From an uncultured Acidobacteriota bacterium (GTDB taxonomy: Bacteria > Acidobacteriota > Vicinamibacteria > Vicinamibacterales > 2-12-FULL-66-21), in contig CAWIKL010000003.1 in the NCBI GenBank assembly GCA_963836665.1, positions 4,082 through 68,081 on the forward strand: a DNA stretch of 64,000 bases. Direction: 5' to 3'. The position numbers were made by a program, and so were the translations under genes. Under the pieces are notes generated by a model that was not told the origin of the DNA, ran no database searches, and was given only the letters and a program-made list of their open reading frames with translations. Each line of letters opens with the position of its first letter. Position 1 is the stretch's first letter. Below, one piece after another: positions 37,837-45,741 of this stretch.

Positions 37837-40689
37837 ATGATGAGTTCTCGACTCGCAAGGATGATGGCGTTGTGTGCCGCCCTGGTGGGCGTCTCGGTAA
37901 CGCCGTCAATCGCGCAGGTATCGACCGGTCGCATAGACGCGACCATCACCGATAGCACCGGCGCGGTTCTTCCCGGGGTCACCCTCGATATCAGCGGCCC
38001 CGAAACCCACTCCACCGTCACCGACCCCCTCGGTGAAGCACATTTCCTCAATCTCGCTCCTGGAACTTATACCGTCAGTGCGAAGCTCTCCGGCTTCAGT
38101 GATTACTTGAACAAGAGCCTCGTCGTCGCCACTGGCGCCAGCGTACCGCTGAAAATCTCGTTGACCGTCGCCGGCGTCTCGACGCAGGTTCAGGTCACGA
38201 GCGATTCGCCCGTCGTCGACGTCAAGAAGATGACGACGTCGACCAACGTCAGCGTCGAAGAACTGCAGAACATCCCCTCGTCGCGCGATCCGTGGGTGGT
38301 CATGCAAACGGTCCCCGGCATCGTGCTCGACCGCGTCAATGTCGGCGGCGGCGAGTCCGGCCAGCAGCCCGGCTATCAGGCCAAGGGGGCGAGCGGCGCC
38401 GACAACACGTGGAACGTGGACGGCATCGCCTTTACCGACATGGCGGCGACCGGGTCGAGCACGACCTACTACGACTTCGACATGTTCCAGGAGATGCAGG
38501 TGACTACCGGCGGCGCCGACGTGACCAACTCGACGCCTGGCGTGCAGCTCAACATGGTCATGAAGAGCGGCAGCAACACGCCGCACGGCTCGACGCGTAT
38601 CTACTTCGAGAACGAGAGCCTCGAGGCCAACAACATGCCTCCCGATCTCGCCGCGAGCATCGGCGGCACGAGCGGCAAGGGCAACCGCATCGCTCAGTAC
38701 AAGGACTACGGATTCGAGCTGGGCGGCCCGATCATCAAGGACAAGCTGTGGGCCTGGGGCTCGGTGGGCAAGACGCACATCGACCTGTTGACGCTGACCG
38801 GCTTCCACGATCGCACCGAGCTGCAGGATGATGGGTTCAAGGCCACTGGGCAGTTCTCGCCCAAGGTCCGCGCCAACTTCACCTACTTCCGCGGCAACAA
38901 GGACAAGTTCGGCCGCGGCGCGAGCTCGACGCACCCGCCTGAGACGACCTATGACCAGTCGGGCCCGACCAACATGTACAAGGGCGAATTCAACTTCGTC
39001 CTCGGCGGCAGCAGCTTCCTGTCCGTCAAGGGCGCGCACATTTCGAGCGGGTTCCAGCTGGCACCGGAAGGGGGCCTGGCCGCGCAGCAGTGGACCGACG
39101 ACTCCGGCGTGCAGCACGGTACCACCGACTTCTACAAGTCGGATCGCCCGCAGAACACGATGCTCGCCGACGGCAGCGTATTCAAGGGGCACCACGAGCT
39201 GAAGTATGGCTTCGGCTGGCGCAAGGCCGACGTGAGCTCGACCGACACCTACCCGGGCAACGGGATCATCACCTACCACAATGGCTATCCCGACATGCTG
39301 GCTTACCTGAGGCGTGACTGGGCGAATTTCGCCTCCGGCTCGTACTCAAACGCCTACGTGTCAGACACCTGGACGATGAATCGCATGACGGTGGTCGGCG
39401 GCCTTCGCTGGGATCGTCAGACCAGCTCGCTCGACGCGGCGACGGTGCCGGCGAACCCGGCCTTCCCCAGCATCCTGCCGTCGATCAGTGCATCGGCGGT
39501 CAAGGACGCGATCGTCTGGAATTCGGTCGTGCCGAAGGTCGGTTTGACCTACGCGCTGGGTGAGAACCGGAAGTCGATTCTGCGCGCGAGCTATTCGATG
39601 TTTGCGTCACAGCTCGGCAACGGTGCCTCGGGACAGATCTCCACGATTCAGTACACCGGCATCTACTACTACGCGACCGATCTCAATGGGAACAAGATCG
39701 CGGATCCCAACGAGATCCAGTTCAACCTCGGGCCGGTGGGCTACTACGGGGTCGATCCAAGCAACCCGGGCAAGGCGACCACGAACAACCAGATCGGCAA
39801 CTACACGACGCCGAGGACGCAGGAACTGCTGTTTGGCGTCGACCACGAGCTGGCTCCGAACTTTGGTGTCAGCGCCACGTTCACCTACCGCTACTACGAT
39901 CATTTCGACTGGACTCCGCTGATCGGCGTGACCAGAGCCGACTACACACAGACGGGGACGCTGACCGGCAACGTCGATCCGATCGGCCAGTTCAGCGTTC
40001 CGTATTACGCACTCAACCCGGCCAAGGTGCCGCCCGGTGCCGGCACCGTCTACGAGGAACGCCAGGGCTACCATCAGCGCTATCTCGGCTTCGAGTTGAG
40101 CGCGACCAAGCGGCTCTCGAATCACTGGATGGGACGTTTCGGATTCTCGACCAACGATCATCGAGAGTACTTCGATGATCCGAACACATCGATCACCGAT
40201 CCGACGCCGACCCGGACCAGTCCCAACGTAAATGGCGGGCGCGTCATCACACTGTCGGGCGGTAGCGGCAAGAGCAACATCTTCCTCGTGCTGCCGTCGT
40301 ACCAGTTCATCGCCAACGGGATGTACCAGGCCGGCTGGGGCATCAACTTCGGGGCGAACTGGGTCATGCGGCAGGGCTACGCCATGCCCTACTACCGCAG
40401 CAACGTGAACACGGGCGATCCGCTTGGCCTCAAGCGCGTGCTCGTCGTCGGCGACGTCACCGACTTCCGGCTGCCCGCGGTGAGCTCGCTCGACCTGCGC
40501 GTGGAGAAGGCGATCCCGTTCGGCCGTACCAGGCTGATGCTCGACCTCGACGTGTTCAACGTCACGAATTCGGGGACGGTGCTCGGCCAACAGTACGATC
40601 TGCGGCTGACCGGAGCGACCGGCTTCAACCAGGTCCTCGAGATCATGGATCCGCGCATCGCCCGCGTCGGCGCGCGATTCACGTTCTGA
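37837..40689 (+). CDS. Oar-like TonB-dependent receptor-type outer-membrane barrel
   Basis: Signal peptide, LQNIPSSRDPW, C-terminal PRIARVGARFTF. Confidence 0.9.
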   Translation: MMSSRLARMMALCAALVGVSVTPSIAQVSTGRIDATITDSTGAVLPGVTLDISGPETHSTVTDPLGEAHFLNLAPGTYTVSAKLSGFSDYLNKSLVVATGASVPLKISLTVAGVSTQVQVTSDSPVVDVKKMTTSTNVSVEELQNIPSSRDPWVVMQTVPGIVLDRVNVGGGESGQQPGYQAKGASGADNTWNVDGIAFTDMAATGSSTTYYDFDMFQEMQVTTGGADVTNSTPGVQLNMVMKSGSNTPHGSTRIYFENESLEANNMPPDLAASIGGTSGKGNRIAQYKDYGFELGGPIIKDKLWAWGSVGKTHIDLLTLTGFHDRTELQDDGFKATGQFSPKVRANFTYFRGNKDKFGRGASSTHPPETTYDQSGPTNMYKGEFNFVLGGSSFLSVKGAHISSGFQLAPEGGLAAQQWTDDSGVQHGTTDFYKSDRPQNTMLADGSVFKGHHELKYGFGWRKADVSSTDTYPGNGIITYHNGYPDMLAYLRRDWANFASGSYSNAYVSDTWTMNRMTVVGGLRWDRQTSSLDAATVPANPAFPSILPSISASAVKDAIVWNSVVPKVGLTYALGENRKSILRASYSMFASQLGNGASGQISTIQYTGIYYYATDLNGNKIADPNEIQFNLGPVGYYGVDPSNPGKATTNNQIGNYTTPRTQELLFGVDHELAPNFGVSATFTYRYYDHFDWTPLIGVTRADYTQTGTLTGNVDPIGQFSVPYYALNPAKVPPGAGTVYEERQGYHQRYLGFELSATKRLSNHWMGRFGFSTNDHREYFDDPNTSITDPTPTRTSPNVNGGRVITLSGGSGKSNIFLVLPSYQFIANGMYQAGWGINFGANWVMRQGYAMPYYRSNVNTGDPLGLKRVLVVGDVTDFRLPAVSSLDLRVEKAIPFGRTRLMLDLDVFNVTNSGTVLGQQYDLRLTGATGFNQVLEIMDPRIARVGARFTF

Positions 40690-40761
40690 CATCGTCCGAG
40701 GGGCCTTGCCCCTCGGAGTTCCGTACTCAGGCGGGCGCACGTGAAGTCGCGCTACACTTGG

Positions 40762-40794
40762 GGCCGGGGTTGCTGAGCAGCCCCGGCCTTTTTT
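40762..40794 (+). terminator. Intrinsic terminator
   Basis: ggccggggttgc/gcagccccggcc followed by T6. Confidence 0.88.
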
Positions 40795-40839
40795 ATCAGG
40801 GCGTGCCAGCGCCAGTCGTTCGCAAGGGTGAAGACTCTT

Positions 40840-42711
40840 ATGGTTCGTCTGCGCGCGCTCGCGATCGCGTCCTTCCTCGCCATTTTCGTCGCCGCGTGCG
40901 GCGGCGGCAGCAGTAGCAGCAGCGGAAGCGGCAGCAGCGGCGGTTCCGGCAGCGGAAGCGGCGGCACGACGCCGGTGAACCCCTGTACTACGGCACTCAC
41001 GGAAGAGGACGCGCAGATCGCGGCGGTCGGCACCGTTGCTCAGAGCGGCGCGCGTCCCGCCACAGACAAGAAGACGCTCATCGACGGCGATCCGCGCGGC
41101 CGCCTGGGCGAGGCGCTCGCGCTCAACCGCAAGGCCGACGAATACCGCCAGACCCTGCAGATCCGCCGTACCGTCGAAACCGCGTCGCAGGATCGCCCCG
41201 AGGCGGCCGCCCCGGCGCCGATCGCGCAGGACGTCGGCGAGATCGCCGTGCTACAGGACTCCGGCGACCTGGTGCTGCCGCAGAACGTCTACGATCTGCG
41301 CAGCGTCGGCATCCGCTTTACCCGCAATGGCGGCAGCTACGTTGTGTCGAAAATCGACGGCACGTTCCGCACCGCGCTGGGGAACCGCGTCACCCTCGGC
41401 GACGACGACAGCGCCGCGGTGGCGATCCCCTTCGCGTTCCCGTTCTACGGCAGCGCGCAGAACGCCGCGTTCGTCAATTCCGACGGTAACATCACGCTCG
41501 TCGAGGCCGACAGCTCCAGCACCGATAGAAACGTTGCGCGCATGCTGTCGGGACCGCCCCGTATCTCGCCGTTCTTCGCCGATCTCGATCCGACCAGCGG
41601 CGGCAAGATCTTCGTCAACGCCGCCGCCGACCAGTACACCGTCACTTGGTGCGGCGTCCGTGGCTTCGACACGACGCACACGACGACGGCGCAGGCGACG
41701 CTGCTACCCGACGGCAGCGTCGAGCTCAAGTTCGACTCGTCGATCAATATCACCGACGCCGTGGTCGGCATCTCGCCGGGCCACACCGGCGACGTGAACC
41801 TCGTCGACTTCACCACGTTTACCGGATCAGGCAATGCCGCGATCGCCGAACGCTTCGCGTCGGCGGTGTCGATCGACACGTTTGCCGTCGCGCAGAAGTT
41901 CTACCAGTCGCATCCGGACAACTACGACCAGATCCTGCTGTGGACGGACCAGCCGCTCATCCGTGACGCCTTCGCCTACGAAATCAACATCGCCAACGAG
42001 GTGAAGGGCATCGGGCAGGACATCTTCGATCTGAGCACCGCGGTTGGAAGCGCCGGCCGGCTGCGCTCGCTCGTCAACATGGACTGGCTGGGCAAGTACC
42101 CCGACGATCCGACGCAGAAATTCCTCGGCGAGAACAACACGCTGAGCGTGCTCGGGCAGGAGTGCGGCCATCGCTGGCTCGCCTACGTTCATTTCCGCGA
42201 TCGCACCGGTGCCAATTCGACAGCGCTGCTCGGCCGCGACCAGGCGCACTGGAGCTTCTTCATGGATTCGGACGCCTCGGTCATGGAGGGCAACGACATC
42301 CAGGACCTGGGTGGCGGCTCGTTCCAGACTGTCGACGCGGTGAAGCGCTACAGCCGTCTCGACCAATACATCATGGGCGCGATCCCTCCGAGCCAGGTGC
42401 CATCGTTCTTCTATGTCGAGAGCCCGAACTCGACGCACACGCCGGCCGACGCGCCGCAGATCGGCGTCAGTTTCACCGGCACCCGCCGCGACGTGCTGGT
42501 CGACGACGTGATCGCTATCAACGGCGCCCGTCAGCCGGCCGCCGACACTGCCCCCAAGACGTTCCGCCAGGCATTCATCTACATCGTCAGCAACGGCCGC
42601 AGCCTGGACCAGGCGCAGGTGACCAAGCTCGATCGCATCCGCACGCAGTGGCAGTCGTTCTTCGGCGCCGCCACCGAAGGCAAGATGACGTCGGTCACAC
42701 AGCTCCGGTGA
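40840..42711 (+). CDS. Lipoprotein with nidogen(NIDO)-like and zincin-like domains
   Basis: FVAAC lipobox, Gly/Ser linker, FPFYG..VNSDGNI..ISPFFADL, QECGHRWLA. Confidence 0.75.
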   Translation: MVRLRALAIASFLAIFVAACGGGSSSSSGSGSSGGSGSGSGGTTPVNPCTTALTEEDAQIAAVGTVAQSGARPATDKKTLIDGDPRGRLGEALALNRKADEYRQTLQIRRTVETASQDRPEAAAPAPIAQDVGEIAVLQDSGDLVLPQNVYDLRSVGIRFTRNGGSYVVSKIDGTFRTALGNRVTLGDDDSAAVAIPFAFPFYGSAQNAAFVNSDGNITLVEADSSSTDRNVARMLSGPPRISPFFADLDPTSGGKIFVNAAADQYTVTWCGVRGFDTTHTTTAQATLLPDGSVELKFDSSINITDAVVGISPGHTGDVNLVDFTTFTGSGNAAIAERFASAVSIDTFAVAQKFYQSHPDNYDQILLWTDQPLIRDAFAYEINIANEVKGIGQDIFDLSTAVGSAGRLRSLVNMDWLGKYPDDPTQKFLGENNTLSVLGQECGHRWLAYVHFRDRTGANSTALLGRDQAHWSFFMDSDASVMEGNDIQDLGGGSFQTVDAVKRYSRLDQYIMGAIPPSQVPSFFYVESPNSTHTPADAPQIGVSFTGTRRDVLVDDVIAINGARQPAADTAPKTFRQAFIYIVSNGRSLDQAQVTKLDRIRTQWQSFFGAATEGKMTSVTQLR

Positions 42712-42771
42712 GCCATTCGTGCCGGCTGTCGAAGAGCGTGACAATTGCTGTGGTGTGCTCGACCGCTGCCG

Positions 42772-44901
42772 CTATTTCCAGGCAAGCGCCGCCAACGCTT
42801 GCCTGGCCTGCTGGTCGTAAGGACTGCCGATGTCGAGGCACTTCTGGTACGCGACGGCGGCGCGCTTGCGGTCGTCGTCGGGGCCGATCCACCGTTCGCG
42901 CGTGCGGTCGTAGCGCTGCGTCTTCAGCCACCGCATCTGGAGCGTGCGTCCGAGATTGAACCAGCCGAGCGCTTCCTGCGGCGCCGTCTTGGTCGCCGCG
43001 TCGAACGAGTCGATCGCGGCGTCGAGGGCGCCGCGTTTCACCTGCATGACACCGAGCGCGTCGTACACTTCAGGATCGGCTGGCCAGCGCTGCTGCGCCT
43101 CGCGCAGGACCTTGATCGCCCCGCTCTCGTCGTGCTGCAGGCCGTAGACGTCGGCGAGGTTGAAGTAGATCGCCTCGAACTCCGGTGCGTCGTGAAGCAC
43201 TCGCTCCCACGCTGCCGCCGCTTCCTTGTAGTGCTGCTGCGCGAATTCGGACAGCCCGAGCGCGTAGTGGACCCACGGCCTCGCGCCGGGTATCTTCGCG
43301 GCCTCGGTGAGGTGCGTGGCCGCCGTGACGACATCCCCTTTCTCGTAGGCCGCCCACCCGCGTTCGGCCTCGGAATCGCCTGACGACACCGATCGGCCGA
43401 GGGCCGCGACCATCTTCCCGCCGTCGATGCGTGCGCGTACCGCGGTGGCGTTCGATATCGTGCCGATAACGGCGCCGGCGTCGCCGGTCATCGGCGCCTC
43501 TGGCAGTGCAATCAGCCCCGGAGACACGGGCAGGTCGGGCATCGTGCTGTCTACCTTTGCCGGTCCGCCGCTGGCCGGCTTCGGCGCGACGGTTGCGACA
43601 GGCGCGACCGGTGCAGCCGGCCGCAGCAGCAGGGCAGGCTCGACGGCCAGGTATCCTCGGCGCGCCCTCACCTTGACCCCAGGGCGATCGACGCCGACGT
43701 CAATCGCCCGGTACTTGCCGTCGAACGTCGTGTTCGACGGCAAGTAGGACACAACGTAGTAGGTGGCGGAGTCCTGCTGGATCTCGTCGAGCGCGCGGCC
43801 GAAGTTGTTCTCGTTGCGGATGGCGAAGCCACCGGTGTCGATGGCGAGGCTGTTCATCCCGTCGGCCTGCGTATCGAACTTTTGCTGCGCGCCGAAGCCG
43901 GCCGCTACGACGGCCTGATCCATGATCTCTGAACTGGCGGAGCCTTTGTTGAGCCCGCGCGCGTCGATGCTGTAGAAGCGGGCGCCGGCGCGGGCGGCCA
44001 TGCCCACCGCGTGGCGCAGCTCGGCGACCTTGTCGTTGAGGAAGAATCCCTCGGAGAGGAAGACAATCGTCTTGGATCCCGGCATCCGCGCGAGGCCGCT
44101 GGACAGCGCCTCGGCGGCGCTCAACGTCTTCAGGGCGGCCAGTTGTGTCTGCGAATTGAGCCGCCGCGACTTCTCCAACACCTGCAGGGTCGGATCCACG
44201 CCGTGGCACATGTCAGGATTTTCGTTGCACGCACGGACCGTCGCCGCCTTCAGTGATTCCTGATCGCCGGTGGCAATCCGCCACGCCTCGTCGTCATCCT
44301 GCAGGCGCGGCCACTCAAGCAGCTCGAGCTGGCGGCTGCGCAGCTCGCCGGGCATCTTCACCGCGGCGGCAGCCGCCTTCAACTCGTCGTGATCGGACGT
44401 CAGCCGGTTGTTGGCCATCTTGCCGTCGAAGACGACGCCGCCGACGTCGCCTTTGTGGAAGCGGTCGCTGATGAACGCGACGATGGCGTCGCGCGAGCGC
44501 GTCAGACCACCGGGTGAGAGGTGTTCGGTGTCGAAGACGAAGACCCAGACGGAAGGTGCAGAGGGTGCCGATAATGCTAAGGGTGCCGAGGGTGCTGGTG
44601 CGGGGGGCGCCAACGGTGCTGAGGGTGCTGAAGGTGCGCCCCTGACGAGGGCGACGGACTCGACCTTCTGCGCGACGCCGTCCTCTCTGATCGTGAAGTC
44701 GGACGCGCCGAGGTCGGTGACGAAGCGGCCATCCTTCAGCACGCGCACGTCCACCTGGACGACCTGCGCGCCGGAGCGAAACGTCTGGGGCGGCGCCACC
44801 GGCTGCTGCCGGCCAGCGGCTTCCAGCTGCCAGCCGCCGGCGGCCAGCTTCCAGCTACCCGCTACCAGCAGTGAAAGCGCCGCGAGCCTTTTCGATCCCA
44901 T
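42772..44901 (-). CDS. Acidobacterial VWA-domain protein with C-terminal TPRs
   Basis: TFRSGAQVVQVDV, FLSEGF, YSIDARGL, TGG..RNEN, RARRGY. Confidence 0.88.
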   Translation of the reverse strand: MGSKRLAALSLLVAGSWKLAAGGWQLEAAGRQQPVAPPQTFRSGAQVVQVDVRVLKDGRFVTDLGASDFTIREDGVAQKVESVALVRGAPSAPSAPLAPPAPAPSAPLALSAPSAPSVWVFVFDTEHLSPGGLTRSRDAIVAFISDRFHKGDVGGVVFDGKMANNRLTSDHDELKAAAAAVKMPGELRSRQLELLEWPRLQDDDEAWRIATGDQESLKAATVRACNENPDMCHGVDPTLQVLEKSRRLNSQTQLAALKTLSAAEALSSGLARMPGSKTIVFLSEGFFLNDKVAELRHAVGMAARAGARFYSIDARGLNKGSASSEIMDQAVVAAGFGAQQKFDTQADGMNSLAIDTGGFAIRNENNFGRALDEIQQDSATYYVVSYLPSNTTFDGKYRAIDVGVDRPGVKVRARRGYLAVEPALLLRPAAPVAPVATVAPKPASGGPAKVDSTMPDLPVSPGLIALPEAPMTGDAGAVIGTISNATAVRARIDGGKMVAALGRSVSSGDSEAERGWAAYEKGDVVTAATHLTEAAKIPGARPWVHYALGLSEFAQQHYKEAAAAWERVLHDAPEFEAIYFNLADVYGLQHDESGAIKVLREAQQRWPADPEVYDALGVMQVKRGALDAAIDSFDAATKTAPQEALGWFNLGRTLQMRWLKTQRYDRTRERWIGPDDDRKRAAVAYQKCLDIGSPYDQQARQALAALAWK
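44553..44640 (-). repeat. Intragenic 9-nt repeat encoding (APS)n
   Basis: APSAPSAPLAPPAPAPSAPLALSAPSAPS. Confidence 0.8.
44823..44871. repeat. Intragenic heptamer array (CCAGCTN-like x7) in signal peptide
   Basis: ccagctg ccagccg ccggcgg ccagctt ccagcta cccgcta ccagcag. Confidence 0.8.
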
Positions 44902-44913
44902 CGACTTTCACGT

Positions 44914-45004
44914 CCATCGGTTATCGTCCATCGGTTATCGTCCATCGCCCATCGCCCATCGCCTATCGCCCATCGCCCATCGCCCATCGCCCATCGCCCA
45001 TCGC
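44914..45004. repeat. Intergenic heptamer array, 13 units (CCATCGC consensus)
   Basis: ccatcgg ttatcgt ccatcgg ttatcgt then 9 x cc/ctatcgc. Confidence 0.95.
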
Positions 45005-45009
45005 CCCAC

Positions 45010-45738
45010 CTACTTCGTCACGGCGGCGAGATACAAATCGTACTTGTTCTTGCTCGCCTTCTCCAGAAAGGCGATCTTCGTCCCGTCGATCGACCACGCC
45101 GGCAGGATCACGTCCTTCGTCGAATCGACCTGCTGCTTGTGTCCGTCCTTGTCCATCACCGCGAGGTGCCCCGAGCGATTGACGTAGGCGATTGACGCCA
45201 GGTCCTTCGGCGCCCAGCCGAACGTGTAGCCGGGGATGAACTGCATCGCCTCGAAGTAGCCGACGGTCTCGCCCATCAGTGTCAGCGTCACCGTGTTCAC
45301 TTTCTGCATTTCGTAGGCGTGGCGAGCGATGTCTTCCGGCGCGGACCCGGAGTTGCCGGCGACGCTGCCCCCCTTGGCGAGCGCGCCGCCCATGGGCGCC
45401 GAGGTAGCATCCAGCGTCTTCTGCTCCTGCTTCAAATCGATCGACGTCGTACTCGACCACGGCGTGTAGTTGTTTGATTTCCACGCCCAGTACTTGTCGG
45501 CCCAGTCGGGCCACGCCGCGGCGCTCGTCGTCTTGCCGTCGGAGGCCGAAACGACGTAGAAGCGCGGGTTGCCAGTCATCATGCCGGCCTTGTCGCGCTC
45601 GGCGGTCTGTACCGCGAGTTGGCTGCCGTCGACGGACCATGCAAGCCGGATCGGTTCGCCCTTGACCTCGACGGTCGCGGTTCTTGCCGGGGTCGCAATC
45701 TGCACGGCCAGCGCGAGGATGAACGGGGTGATCGTCAT
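45010..45738 (-). CDS. Exported hypothetical protein with TolB/PD40-like motifs
   Basis: Signal peptide; LAWSVDGSQLA, PAWSIDGTKIAF. Confidence 0.75.
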   Translation of the reverse strand: MTITPFILALAVQIATPARTATVEVKGEPIRLAWSVDGSQLAVQTAERDKAGMMTGNPRFYVVSASDGKTTSAAAWPDWADKYWAWKSNNYTPWSSTTSIDLKQEQKTLDATSAPMGGALAKGGSVAGNSGSAPEDIARHAYEMQKVNTVTLTLMGETVGYFEAMQFIPGYTFGWAPKDLASIAYVNRSGHLAVMDKDGHKQQVDSTKDVILPAWSIDGTKIAFLEKASKNKYDLYLAAVTK

Positions 45739-45741
45739 GGG

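Noticed and set aside
40900-40965. Gly/Ser low-complexity tract as a repeat element
   Set aside because: Ordinary codon-period lipoprotein tether
44914-45004. CRISPR array
   Set aside because: Contiguous 7-nt units with no spacers, and no cas genes in the window
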